Shown here one piece after another: positions 11,501 to 21,649 of a DNA stretch of 64,000 nt. The stretch's first letter is position 1, and every line of letters begins with the position of its first letter. This stretch comes from Myxococcota bacterium (GTDB lineage: Bacteria > Myxococcota_A > SURF-8 > G963663525). Below the pieces are notes generated by a model, which made no database searches, had not been told where the DNA came from, and saw only the letters and a list, made by a program, of their open reading frames with translations. The stretch lies in contig CAXXVK010000035.1 of the NCBI GenBank assembly GCA_963676915.2, positions 84,905 to 148,904 on the forward strand, read 5' to 3'. The translations under genes and the position numbers were made by a program.

Positions 11501-14266
11501 GTTGGGCAGACAAACGCTTTGCGGAGCTTCCATCGTGGTGGCAACGAGGTTTTTCGGTTTCCTCGATGGTGAAGACGTAGTAATCATCATCGTTGAGAGG
11601 ATCTACCTTTGCGATGAAGGCCGAAGGAATCGCTCCTTCGTTGGCTTTCTTCCATCGTATCGTTGGGTTCGATTTCGGCGACCGGAACCTAGTTCCGTCG
11701 TGTCGTCGCTTTCACGGACTTCAAGAATGTAGTTGCCCGTGGGGGCCGTTTCCGGAGTAATGGGCTACCTTAATGTAATAGGTACCCGGAGTGGACAGCG
11801 TACCCTCGATCTGGGAATAGCGGTTGGGGTAGCCGATGTCGTCGTTGTTGGCCAACTGGGTTCCTTCGGAGTCGTACAGCCAGATTTCCGTATCCACGGT
11901 CGGCAGAGCGTCACCGGAAGCGTAACAGATACCTTCATCGCAGGTGCCCTGACACAACTCGGTTGCAAATGCGTTCTCCGAACACGCTCTGGCAGGTGCC
12001 GGATTCACAGTCTTCGTCGAGGATACAGGCTTCGCCCGAACTGCCTGAGTTCTTCGGGCTTGATGCGCTCGCACAGGAAGCGTTTTTTCGCTGGCGCAGA
12101 AATGCAGACCCATTTCCCACAGTTCGCCTTCCGTCTGCCATATCGGGTTCCATGCCGACTGTACCGGCAATTGTTCATCTCGGAGTTACGCAGGTCGAGC
12201 ATGTCTTCCATCTCGTCCCAGGTGGGATTTGCATCGATCCACTCGCCGCCTTCGGGATCGAGCCATTCGTAGTCGCCTTCGGTGGTGAGGTCGTTCAGGC
12301 CGTTCCACCAAGTATTCTGGGCATCTACATACTGATCGCCGTAGAACAGGTTCATTTCGGCTTCGGAGTTGACCGTCATCAGGTCGCCGCCCCATTCGCG
12401 GCAGAAGGCTGCCGACTGGGACCAGGTGAGGCGGTTGTCGTATCCACTGGCCAGGTATTCTTTGCCGGCCAGTTCGAAGACGACATCTTCCATCGTGCAG
12501 ACCATCGAGCCACCGGAGCAAAGACCTTCGGTGCAGATCGTATCGACGGTACATTCGTCGTCATCGTCGCAGGACACACCTTCCATCGGTCCGCTGGGAT
12601 TGCTGCAATTTCCGGTGTCCGGGTTGCAGATATCGAGCGTGCAGGGATCGTTGTCGCCACAATCGATGGGAGCGAATTCGACGCAGCCGTCCAAACCGGC
12701 GTCCGCATGGTTGGGGTGACATTCTTCCCTACCGTTGCAAACGTCGTCATCATTGTTACAGAAGGAGTTGTCCGGCTCATGTACGCAGCCGTTGTCGGGA
12801 TCGCAGGAATCGTTCGTGCAGATGATTCCATCGTCGCAGGTATCGGTTTCACCACCGACACATTCGTTTTGATCGTTGCAGGTATCGTTGATCGTGCAAG
12901 GGTCACCGTCCGAGCAGGGATCGCCTTCCGGACAGCTGGTACAGGTCCAATCGCCGGGTTTGCACAATCCGTCCGAACCGCAGGTATCGCCTTCGGTGCA
13001 GTCTTCGCCGTCCGAGCAATCCGTTCCCGGCAGCGGAGTGTGAATGGCTCCAAGGGTGGGATCGCAAGTGTCCTCGGTACAAACGTTATCATCGTCCAAA
13101 TCATCGGTTGCAATATCGGTATATACACAACCGGTCTCGTTGCCATCTTCGGCGTTGTCAGGATCGCAGAGGTCTTCGATGGTACATACGTTGTTGTCGG
13201 CGCAGGTCGTGTGATCGGGATAGTTTTTGCATTCTCCCAGGAAATCATCACACAGGTCGAAGGTGCAGGAGAAACCGTCGTCGCAAATGGCGTCATCCGG
13301 TACATTGTTGCAGCCTTCACCCAGGATACATGCGTCCGCCGTGCAGTCGATATCGTCATCACAGGCCGTATCGTCCGGTTCGTGGGTGCATTCGTAACCT
13401 GTAGAATCTCCGGTGCATCCGTCGATGGTGCAGGCGATTTCATCGTCGCAATCGGGGATATCCGCATACAAGCAGCCTTGCGTCGTATCGCAGGTTCCTA
13501 CACCGTCGCACAGGTCGCCCGTATCGCAGAAGGTGTTATCGGGTTCGTTGGTGCAACCGGTTGCGGTATCGCAGACATCCACGGTGCAATCGACGGTATC
13601 GTCGCACAGCGTGTTGTCCGCCAGGTGTTCGCAAACACCGGATCGGCAAACGTCGTTGGTGCAGGAAATGTCGTCGGTATCGCAGGGCGTATCGTCCGTA
13701 ACCGGCGTGTAGTCGCAGGACGTTCCGTTCCAACTGCCGGTCATGCAGGGGTTGGTGGATACGCAGGAAGGAACTTCTTCCTCTTCCGCTTCGATCTCAT
13801 CGGCTTCTTCGATTTCATCCACGTCATCCGTGTCGTCTACGTCGTCCGTGACATCCACGTCATCCGTGTCGTCTACATCGTCCGTGACATCCACATCATC
13901 CGTGTCGTCTACGTCGTCCGTGACATCCACATCATCCGTGTCGTCTACGTCGTCCGTGACATCCACATCATCCGTGTCGTCCACGTCGTCCGTGACATCC
14001 ACATCATCCGTGACATCCACATCATCCGTGTCGTCCACGTCGTCCGTGTCGTCCACGTCGTCCGTGACATCCACGTCATCCGTGACATCCACGTCGTCCG
14101 TGTCGTCAACGTCATCCACCACGTCTTCGTCCGCCGCCGGAACGGTATCGGTTTCCTGATCTCCCGTAACGGACACGTTGCCATCGTCGCCACCGCAACC
14201 GAAGGCGTTCAGCGTCAGAAATACAAATAGCAACAGACACGGACTGAGTGTTCTCCAAAGGTTCAT
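5530..14266 (-). CDS. giant (~2,900 aa) Cys/Asp-rich surface lipoprotein: acidic repeat stalk, CDDxxxCTxDxC repeats, C-type lectin-like domain, Cys-rich modules and many PPC-like beta-sandwich repeats; split by about a dozen frameshifts
   Basis: Lipobox LNAFGC after RBS AGGAGG. Collinear fragments 12005-14266, 11721-12170, 10496-11590, 10464-11330, 10237-10605, 9617-10240, 9445-9717, 9074-9529, 8197-9408, 7718-8167, 7558-7878 and 5530-7539 continue the same repeat types (G.D.VY...YxIVD) across frame changes. CLec motif WSQSAAFC..WGGDL..WNGLND..EGDYEWLD. Confidence 0.75.
13817..14116 (-). repeat. intragenic 18-bp tandem repeat, 16 full units plus a partial (DDVDDT / DDVDVT)
   Basis: Read directly from the sequence and translation. 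Confidence 0.95.
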
Positions 14267-14359
14267 GAGAATCCCTCCTGCAAACAAGTAACCTACCGGT
14301 AGTAACCCTACGTAAAATTTATGCAAAACGATACAGTCATGGATAAGCCAGAGTTATAT

Positions 14360-14389
14360 AATCTAATTGGTAGGGATGGGTTCTGTCAA
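14360..14389 (-). promoter_or_regulatory. putative sigma70 promoter of the giant lipoprotein gene
   Basis: Minus strand TTGACA-N18-TAGATT about 95 nt upstream of ATG 14266. Confidence 0.45.
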
Positions 14390-14575
14390 GCTTAAGCCTG
14401 CTCACGATGGAGTATTTCTTGTCGGAAAGACTCCATTCTGCCGGATTTTTCGCATCTTTTTCACCTTTCCTTGACAGGGTGAAGACGAGTGAAATAAAAC
14501 ATTCTAGTTGAAAAGCATCGAACCAAAAAAAACTGAAGTTCCGCGAGTTCCATACCGTGTAAAAGGAGAATTCGT

Positions 14576-16354
14576 ATGTCGAGTACCAATCCGTATTATG
14601 TTGACGAGTCGTGTCCCTGGTTCGCAAAAGAAGCCGGTTGGCCTGAGGAAGTCCCTAAAAATATTGACTTTCCCCAGATTACCTTGGGAGAATTGTTACG
14701 GGAAACCGCACAAAAATACCCCAACGAAATGGCGATCTGGTTCCAGGATACCTGGATGACCTACCGGGAACTGGACAACCTCGTCGATCGTGTCGCCACA
14801 GGCTTTCACAAACTCGGCCTCGAAAAGGGCGATGTCGTCAGCTTGCTGCTTCCCAACAGCTTCCAGTATGTCGTCTGTTACTATGCTTGTATGCGCCTGG
14901 GATGCATCGCCTCGGGAATCAACCCGACCTACAAGCCCCAGGAAGTGCTTCACCAGTTGAAAACGGTGGGAACCAAAGCCATCGTCGTCCTGGATGTTCT
15001 GTACGAAAGCGGCTTGGCCCCGATTCTCGACCAAACCGACGTCAAAACCCTGATCGGGACAAACATCACCGATATGATGAAGCTTCCCTGGTGGAAGAAA
15101 AAGCTCGGTAGCGCCCTGGGAAAAATCCCCCAGGCCGAACTTCCCTCCGGGACGGTGCCGCTGGCCGATCTGATGAAAACCACCCCGAATCTTCCCAAAG
15201 TGCAGATCGATGTCACCGATACCGCCACCTACATTATGACGGGTGGAACCACCGGTGTGCCCAAAGCCGCCGTGTTGAGCCATGAAAATCTGGTCTGCAA
15301 TGCCATTCAGGTCAAAGCCTGGATCTACAAAGTCAAACCCGGTTGCTGCAACGTGGGTGTGCTGCCGCTGTTCCACAGCTTCGCGATGACGGCGGTCATG
15401 AACAGTTCCATCGCCGTCGGTGCGTACATGTTGCTGTTTCCGCGTCCTCCGGCAACGGAAGAACTGGTCGAGAAAATCCTGGAATACGCCAAAGACGATG
15501 GAACCATGTACTGTGGCGCGGAAATTCTGTTCCAGAAAATGGCGGAGTTGCCGGGTATCGAAACCATGGGAATCAATCGGAAATTGGCTCTTTGCGTTTC
15601 CGGCGCCGGACCGCTGCACCGCCCGGTTCAGGAGGAATACGAGCGAAAAACGGGATCTCGTCTGGTCGAAGGCTATGGCCTGACGGAATCCTCCCCCGTT
15701 ATTTCCGCCGGTCCGTTCTGGGGCAACCGAAAAATCGGCACCATCGGTCTACCTTTCACCGGCACCGAATGGCGCATCGTGGACATCAGCGACCCGGCCG
15801 TTACGAAAGAAGCCTGTCCCGAAGGTGAAGAGCCGGACGAAGAAAAACACATCGGCGAAATCGCCGCCGCCGGGCCGCAAGTCATGGTAGGCTATTTGAA
15901 CAAACCCGAGGAAACCGCCGAAACCATTGTGGAAATGGACGGAAAACGATGGCTGCTGACCGGTGATATCGGTTTTATGGACCCACAAGGTCGTATTACG
16001 ATTCGGGACCGGAAAAAACAGTTGATCAAATACAAAGGATATTCCGTATTCCCCAAAGAAGTCGAGGAGTTGGTGGGAATGCACGAATCCGTCCGGGAAG
16101 TGGCCGTCGCCGGATTGCCGGACAAAGAGACTGGTGAACGAATCAAAGCCTGGGTCGTTCTGAAAGACGATTACAAAGGCAAAATGACCATCGAGGAGTT
16201 GTCGAAATGGTGCAAAGAGTCGATGACGCACTACAAGGTTCCGTCGTATCTCGAATTCATCGATGAATTGCCGAAAACCCTCGTTGGTAAAGTTCTGCGG
16301 CGCGAATTGCAGGAAAAAGACCCCATTTATCAGGAATGGTCGAAAAAAGACTGA
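14576..16354 (+). CDS. fadD: long-chain fatty acid--CoA ligase
   Basis: AMP-binding motifs MTGGTTGVPK, EGYGLTE, LLTGDIG, RDRKKQLI, LPKTLVGKVLRR; RBS AAGGAG. Confidence 0.9.
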   Translation: MSSTNPYYVDESCPWFAKEAGWPEEVPKNIDFPQITLGELLRETAQKYPNEMAIWFQDTWMTYRELDNLVDRVATGFHKLGLEKGDVVSLLLPNSFQYVVCYYACMRLGCIASGINPTYKPQEVLHQLKTVGTKAIVVLDVLYESGLAPILDQTDVKTLIGTNITDMMKLPWWKKKLGSALGKIPQAELPSGTVPLADLMKTTPNLPKVQIDVTDTATYIMTGGTTGVPKAAVLSHENLVCNAIQVKAWIYKVKPGCCNVGVLPLFHSFAMTAVMNSSIAVGAYMLLFPRPPATEELVEKILEYAKDDGTMYCGAEILFQKMAELPGIETMGINRKLALCVSGAGPLHRPVQEEYERKTGSRLVEGYGLTESSPVISAGPFWGNRKIGTIGLPFTGTEWRIVDISDPAVTKEACPEGEEPDEEKHIGEIAAAGPQVMVGYLNKPEETAETIVEMDGKRWLLTGDIGFMDPQGRITIRDRKKQLIKYKGYSVFPKEVEELVGMHESVREVAVAGLPDKETGERIKAWVVLKDDYKGKMTIEELSKWCKESMTHYKVPSYLEFIDELPKTLVGKVLRRELQEKDPIYQEWSKKD

Positions 16355-16389
16355 TTTTTGCGTCTAACAAAAACTTAATCTAAACTTAA

Positions 16390-16417
16390 GGGATCGTCGG
16401 TTGGCGATCCCGTTTTC
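16390..16417 (+). terminator. putative terminator after fadD
   Basis: GGGATCGTC-GGTT-GGCGATCCC followed by GTTTTC. Confidence 0.5.
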
Positions 16418-16481
16418 ATTTCCGATATTTCGTGTAAGGGCTAGGGATGCGTGGTTTGCATTCTGTTACGGAGAAGGTTTC

Positions 16482-17570
16482 ATGCAGAAAAAGGAAATTA
16501 TCTGCGGTTGGGTGATCTGGAGTGCCGTTTTTTGCCTCATAAGCGGAATCTTTGCCGCTTGTGGGGAAGGTGACTCGTCCGAAAACGATACGGGAATTGG
16601 GGATGAGGATGAGGATGTGGAACAGGAATTGTCCGAAGAAATTCCCCGGCCGGAATATCCCTTGGACGACACTTTGCGCATCAACGAAATCCAGGTCAAG
16701 GGAACCCATAACAGCTATCACGTCTTTGAGGGAGAGCCTCAGCCGGTATTCGGAGGGAATCTAGCTCCTTTGGACGTGCAGGCCGAACAACAGGGGGTCA
16801 GGCAGTTCGAAATCGACGTTCATTACGATCCCGACAAGGGATTTCTGGTGTACCACACGGTATTGGGAGATGCCGGTTCCAATTGTGAAACATTGTTGGA
16901 GTGCCTGACGTTGCTTAAAAACTGGTCCGACGATCATCCCGGTCACCATGTGCTGTTCATCTTTATCGAGCCGAAAGACGATTCTTCGCCTTTGCAACTG
17001 GTGGGGCGATCCGACGACCTGGACGACTTGATCGAGTCGGTCTGGCCGCCGGAACGACTGATTCGGCCCGACGATGTTCGGGGTGATTACGCCACGTTGC
17101 GTGAAGCGATCGAAAACGATGGTTGGCCGACGATGGCCGAGGGGCGCGACAAAGCACTGTTCATCTACTTCGATTCCGACGAATACCGCGACGATTACCT
17201 TGAGGACCATCCGAACGCCGAGGGACGCACGATGTTTCCCCGGTCGGACAAAAAGCTTGATTCAACCATCGGGGCGTTCGTCAATTTCGACGATCCCATC
17301 AGCGACGCTGACCGAATCGCGCAATTCGCCGAAGCCGGGTTCCTGATTCGGACCCGAACCGATGTCGCCGGAGACGAACCCGCCAAAGGCGACCGGTCGC
17401 GCATCGACGCAGCGTTGGCCTCGGCGGCTCAGATGATCAGTACCGATTATCCTGTTTTGACGGATCTTTTCGATTTTTCGTTCGATATTCCCGAAGGAAA
17501 TCCGAGTCGTTGCAATCCGCTGCTCGCCCCGGAAGACTGTACGGTGGAAGATGTCGAAAACCTTCCGTAA
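16482..17570 (+). CDS. phosphoinositide phospholipase C-like (PI-PLC, Ca2+-dependent bacterial type) lipoprotein
   Basis: Lipobox FAAC; KGTHNSYH, GVRQFEIDVH, WSDDHPGH, GFLIRTRTD, AQMISTDYP motifs. Confidence 0.85.
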   Translation: MQKKEIICGWVIWSAVFCLISGIFAACGEGDSSENDTGIGDEDEDVEQELSEEIPRPEYPLDDTLRINEIQVKGTHNSYHVFEGEPQPVFGGNLAPLDVQAEQQGVRQFEIDVHYDPDKGFLVYHTVLGDAGSNCETLLECLTLLKNWSDDHPGHHVLFIFIEPKDDSSPLQLVGRSDDLDDLIESVWPPERLIRPDDVRGDYATLREAIENDGWPTMAEGRDKALFIYFDSDEYRDDYLEDHPNAEGRTMFPRSDKKLDSTIGAFVNFDDPISDADRIAQFAEAGFLIRTRTDVAGDEPAKGDRSRIDAALASAAQMISTDYPVLTDLFDFSFDIPEGNPSRCNPLLAPEDCTVEDVENLP

Positions 17571-17684
17571 TTGCAAAGGAAAACGTATTTATTGCTTATA
17601 AGGTTAGAAAAAATCTTGGAGCTTGCGAAGATCTCCATAGAATGATGAAACCAACGTGAAACGAAACCTCATACCGGAAAAACC

Positions 17685-18821
17685 ATGAAAATCGTATTCA
17701 AAATCCTCATGGTGGTGTTCTACCTGATTCTTGCCGAAGTGGCGGTGCGTATGTTCTGGGTTCAACCCCCGGAAAACTACATCGTGCAGGGAAATCACCC
17801 TACGTTGCATCACATTCCCAAAGGGTGGGCGCTCGACGCGCTGAAAGACCACGATTTCCGCAACCGTCCCTATAAAGTGGAAAAAAAGCCGGGAGTTCGC
17901 CGCATTGTATTCATGGGGGATTCGTTTACCTATGGATTCACTCCGGCCAAAGAAACCATTCCTTTTCATTTCAATCGGGAGCTGATGCAGCGATACGGCG
18001 AGGTGAAGGCGGAAGTGCTCAACTTCGGATTCATCAGCTATTCTCCGGCGATTCATCAGGCGTTATGGGGACAGTATGTGAAAAGGCTCCACCCCGACGT
18101 GGTGATCCTGCTGCTCGATACCTTCGATTTTCAGGACGATCTTGCCTATTCGCGTACCAGTGTAACGGATGAAAACGGCTTCACGCTTTCGGTAGCGGGA
18201 GGAGAATGGATTCAGGACGATTGGGACAGCGTTCGCCTCGTGCGTTTCGTCCGCTTTTTCATTCAGTACCTGAAAAACGGCCTGTCTGCTCTCTCCAAGC
18301 CGGAAACCTATGCTGGACGGGTGCGGTTCATCAACGAAGAAAATCCCCATCCCGAGATTTTGAACAGAGGACTGAACAATATCCGAATGCTGGCCGAAGC
18401 GGTCGAGGCCGATGGCGGACAGTTTATCCTGTTCCATTATCCGCCGCCGCTATTGCTTCAGGATCTAAGCGATTTCGAGGATTTTGCCAACGGCTGGACG
18501 GCGGGAACGAGTTTTAAAGCGAAAAACTACAGTATTCCTAAGCATTTGGAGAAATTTTCCAAACAAAACGACATTCCGTTTTTCGAGTTCGAACCCGAAG
18601 TTCGCAAAATGGAAGCCAGTCTAAAAGGGCGTAGTTCAACGCTGATTTACAACAACGCCGACGGACATTTCACCCCCTGGGCCAACCGCGTGTTCGCCGG
18701 GTTCATTCTGGACAAGATCTCGCCCGTGCTCGAAAAACTGGACGTGTTTCCAAAGGCTCCACCCAAAGAGAAACCTGTGGAAAATTCAAAGGAAACCGAG
18801 ACAACGCTGGAGAAGAAATAG
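17685..18821 (+). CDS. SGNH/GDSL hydrolase-family protein with N-terminal membrane anchor
   Basis: Block I GDSFTYG, block II EVLNFGFISYS, block V DGHFT. Confidence 0.85.
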   Translation: MKIVFKILMVVFYLILAEVAVRMFWVQPPENYIVQGNHPTLHHIPKGWALDALKDHDFRNRPYKVEKKPGVRRIVFMGDSFTYGFTPAKETIPFHFNRELMQRYGEVKAEVLNFGFISYSPAIHQALWGQYVKRLHPDVVILLLDTFDFQDDLAYSRTSVTDENGFTLSVAGGEWIQDDWDSVRLVRFVRFFIQYLKNGLSALSKPETYAGRVRFINEENPHPEILNRGLNNIRMLAEAVEADGGQFILFHYPPPLLLQDLSDFEDFANGWTAGTSFKAKNYSIPKHLEKFSKQNDIPFFEFEPEVRKMEASLKGRSSTLIYNNADGHFTPWANRVFAGFILDKISPVLEKLDVFPKAPPKEKPVENSKETETTLEKK

Positions 18822-18826
18822 GAAAA

Positions 18827-19828
18827 TCACTCTTCCCGTTCGGCGATGATTTCGCTTAGCACCAGTGGGTTGTCGGTGATGATGCCGTCCACGCCCATGT
18901 CGAGCAGAGCGCGCATTTCATCGGGATCGTTGATCGTCCAGACCTGAACGCGGATACCGAAACGGTGTGCGCGGGCCAAGGCATTCGGTTCGATGTCCGG
19001 CACCTGGAAAAACGGACAGGGAGGCACGTAATCGGCTTCCGTGGTGTCGTCGAGGACGGAAAACGTCACCATCTCACCCGTGGGCGCGCCGGTAATGATG
19101 TCCGGGCGCTTTTCTCGCACTTCCTGGACGGTGATATCGGCAAAAGCCACGAGGATGACGTGCTCCGCCATGTCGGTTTCGTCGAGAATCTCGATGACGC
19201 TATCCACGATCGAAGGGTTGGCCTGCTTGATTTCCACGGTGTAAAACATCTCGGGGAAAGCTTCCAGCACCTCTTTGAACGTGGGAATCACCACGCCTTG
19301 CCCCCGGTAAGGATGCGTCTCGCCTCCATCAGGGGAGAACTTGTATCCCGCATCGAACGTTCGCAGCTTTTCGAACGTCATTTCCCGAATGGTTCCGGAC
19401 CCATCCGTCATGCGATCCACGGTGGAGTCGTGTTGCAAAACCACCACGCCGTCGCTTGTGGCGTGAAGATCCAACTCGAACAGATCCGCGCCCACCTCCT
19501 TGGCTTTCTCGAAGGCCGGTATGGTTTCTTCGGGGGCCAGATCTCCGCCGCCACGGTGGGCGATGTTCACGAATTTTCCGGTGAGAAGAGGATGATCTTC
19601 GGGAAAATCGAAGTATTGGACTACAGGATCGCTCAGTTCCTCGAGTTCGTTTTCCTCGGACTCCTCCTCTTGCGCGATCTCGTCTCCATCGCCAGGAGTG
19701 ATGTTGTCGTTCGTGTCGTCGTCGTCGCCGGAACAGGCACCCAAGAGGCTCAAAGCACTGAATAGCGCAAGAAAAGCCAATGTTTTCAGAAGGTTGGTAG
19801 GGTTCATGATTTTCTCGTTTTCTTTCAT
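18827..19828 (-). CDS. glycerophosphodiester phosphodiesterase lipoprotein
   Basis: IAHRGG, APEET, FELDLH, QHDSTVDR, WTIND, GVDGIITD motifs; lipobox LLGAC; ATGA overlap with the upstream gene. Confidence 0.93.
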   Translation of the reverse strand: MKENEKIMNPTNLLKTLAFLALFSALSLLGACSGDDDDTNDNITPGDGDEIAQEEESEENELEELSDPVVQYFDFPEDHPLLTGKFVNIAHRGGGDLAPEETIPAFEKAKEVGADLFELDLHATSDGVVVLQHDSTVDRMTDGSGTIREMTFEKLRTFDAGYKFSPDGGETHPYRGQGVVIPTFKEVLEAFPEMFYTVEIKQANPSIVDSVIEILDETDMAEHVILVAFADITVQEVREKRPDIITGAPTGEMVTFSVLDDTTEADYVPPCPFFQVPDIEPNALARAHRFGIRVQVWTINDPDEMRALLDMGVDGIITDNPLVLSEIIAEREE

Positions 19829-20886
19829 TCAAGATCGCCGGAAGTACAGGTTTCCGGCGCGGTTAAAGGATTGCAACGCAGGGGGTCGGCATCGGGAATG
19901 TCCACCCAATAGTCCTGATTCTCCACCGGAGCGGGAAAATCCGTACTGATGAATTGTGCCCCGCTACGAATCGCATCTTCCAATCGTGAGGTATCGTTGT
20001 TCAGCGCCTGATCGCAACAGACATCCGCCCTTGTTCTTACAACGAATCCGGCTTCGACGGCTTCACGAATCTCGTCTTGTTCGGAGGTGGGATCGTTCAT
20101 AGGCATCACGGCGGCGAAACTGTCGCCGGGACCTGAATCCGTGAACATCAATGCTCCAGCCAACTCGGGAAACGCTTCCAGATATCGGGTTCGAAAATCT
20201 CCCCGAGTGTGAGCGTGCAGTAGGAATTTTCCTCGTATTTCTCCCAGGTTGGGCCAGCCGTCGGTTTCGATGGCTTCTTTGAGCGTCGTATGATTCTTGC
20301 GTACATCATCGGGTGTAAGCAGGTCATTGCGTTCGAAAACGGACAAAATATCCTGCTCGACTTCTTCCCAGGTAAGTTCCTGTGGGTTGACCATCACCAT
20401 GTTGGACATTTCCAGCAGGACGAGGGGAGGAAGATGGCAGGGATGAGCCTCGGACCAGGTTTTCATCTCCGTCAGACAGTCCACAAGATAGCGGCAGGTG
20501 CTTTCTTCATCCACCATAGGGATGTGGTAAACCCGCAACGGTTCGCCCTCGACTTTGTGGATGTCGAGTTCGAACTGCCGGATGCCCATGTCCAACTGTA
20601 CCGCTAAAGGTTGGTGGGTGTAAAGGTGCTCGGGGTGACTGCCCGTTTCCCGTTGAATGTGATAGCTGTTGTGGGTTCCTTTGCCTTGGATATGGTTGTA
20701 TCGTAAGGTTTCGTCATTCGGGTAATTGCATGAAATTACATCGGATTCGAGTGATTCTACGGTTTCCGAATCGTTGTCGCCGTCCAGTTGCCTGTCGTGA
20801 TCCTCATTTTCCAGACAGGAAACTATACCCAGGGAAATCCATGCAAGTACAAAGAGTATTGGGATGGAAATATGCCGACCAGCCAT
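19825..20886 (-). CDS. second PI-PLC-like lipoprotein
   Basis: Lipobox IVSC; KGTHNSYH, GIRQFELDIH, GFVVRTRAD, GAQFISTDFP; paralog of 16482-17570. Confidence 0.85.
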   Translation of the reverse strand: MAGRHISIPILFVLAWISLGIVSCLENEDHDRQLDGDNDSETVESLESDVISCNYPNDETLRYNHIQGKGTHNSYHIQRETGSHPEHLYTHQPLAVQLDMGIRQFELDIHKVEGEPLRVYHIPMVDEESTCRYLVDCLTEMKTWSEAHPCHLPPLVLLEMSNMVMVNPQELTWEEVEQDILSVFERNDLLTPDDVRKNHTTLKEAIETDGWPNLGEIRGKFLLHAHTRGDFRTRYLEAFPELAGALMFTDSGPGDSFAAVMPMNDPTSEQDEIREAVEAGFVVRTRADVCCDQALNNDTSRLEDAIRSGAQFISTDFPAPVENQDYWVDIPDADPLRCNPLTAPETCTSGDLE

Positions 20887-21127
20887 TGTTGAAATGCTTC
20901 TTTTCTTACGTAGTACCTTCTTTGCCTTTATATCGATTGCTAACGGCAATCTAGCGAAATCTTAACACGAGCAAACAAGGGATTCGCAAGATTTTTCGAA
21001 CAGAAGAAGGAAAAACGAAAGGAGTTCCGGCACCTGGGAAAATGAAATGCTCGGTGGGTGGAATTCGAAATGAAAAAACCGGCGTTGGGATACGCCGGGA
21101 GATGAAAAAGTTAAGAATCAGGCAGGG

Positions 21128-21505
21128 TTACTTGAGCATATCCAGCAGCTTCAGGATTTCGCCGAAGGTTCGTTGCGCAAACTTCCCGTACCCGAGTTCG
21201 GTCAGTCCCCAGGCAATGACCAGGGAAAAGATGAAATACAGCAGGGAAACACCCAGCCCCGTAAAGAATCCGACGCGCAGGATGAGCATGAATCCCACCC
21301 CCGAAAGCACAAAGGCTACAACGCTGCCGTACATCGGTGCGATAAGCAAACCCAAGTAATACAGGAAACTTGCGGCAACCAAAGCCACGAGACACCACGC
21401 AAAACTTCGTCTCTTTGCTTCGACCAGACCGGCGGCAAATCGGACGGGCAGCAACAAAACCACGAAACTGACGGCAAAGACGACGAGGGCGTTGAGTTCG
21501 GGCAT
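21128..21505 (-). CDS. small integral membrane protein of unknown function
   Basis: 125 aa, about four hydrophobic segments; plausible RBS. Confidence 0.6.
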   Translation of the reverse strand: MPELNALVVFAVSFVVLLLPVRFAAGLVEAKRRSFAWCLVALVAASFLYYLGLLIAPMYGSVVAFVLSGVGFMLILRVGFFTGLGVSLLYFIFSLVIAWGLTELGYGKFAQRTFGEILKLLDMLK

Positions 21506-21649
21506 GACGTTCCCCTGAAAGAATTTTTTATGATTTGGAAGAAAGTTACAATTTCACGAAAGAAGTATAGCGCAACTGTCGAAATGGGGCAACTTGGAGT
21601 ATTTTACCCAACAACCCATCCGGTAGTTCAGATTGATCAACCTATTCCA

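Noticed and set aside
13817-14116. Possible CRISPR array
   Set aside because: Contiguous 18-bp coding repeats with no unique spacers and no cas genes.
11963-14230. 755-aa plus-strand ORF
   Set aside because: Antisense shadow of the Asp/Cys-rich gene; its VVYVVRDIH repeats are the reverse complement of the acidic repeat.
14270-14460. Riboswitch (e.g. c-di-GMP) in the leader of the giant lipoprotein
   Set aside because: Only a short hairpin and a GTAGG(G)TTACT direct repeat are present; no recognisable aptamer consensus.
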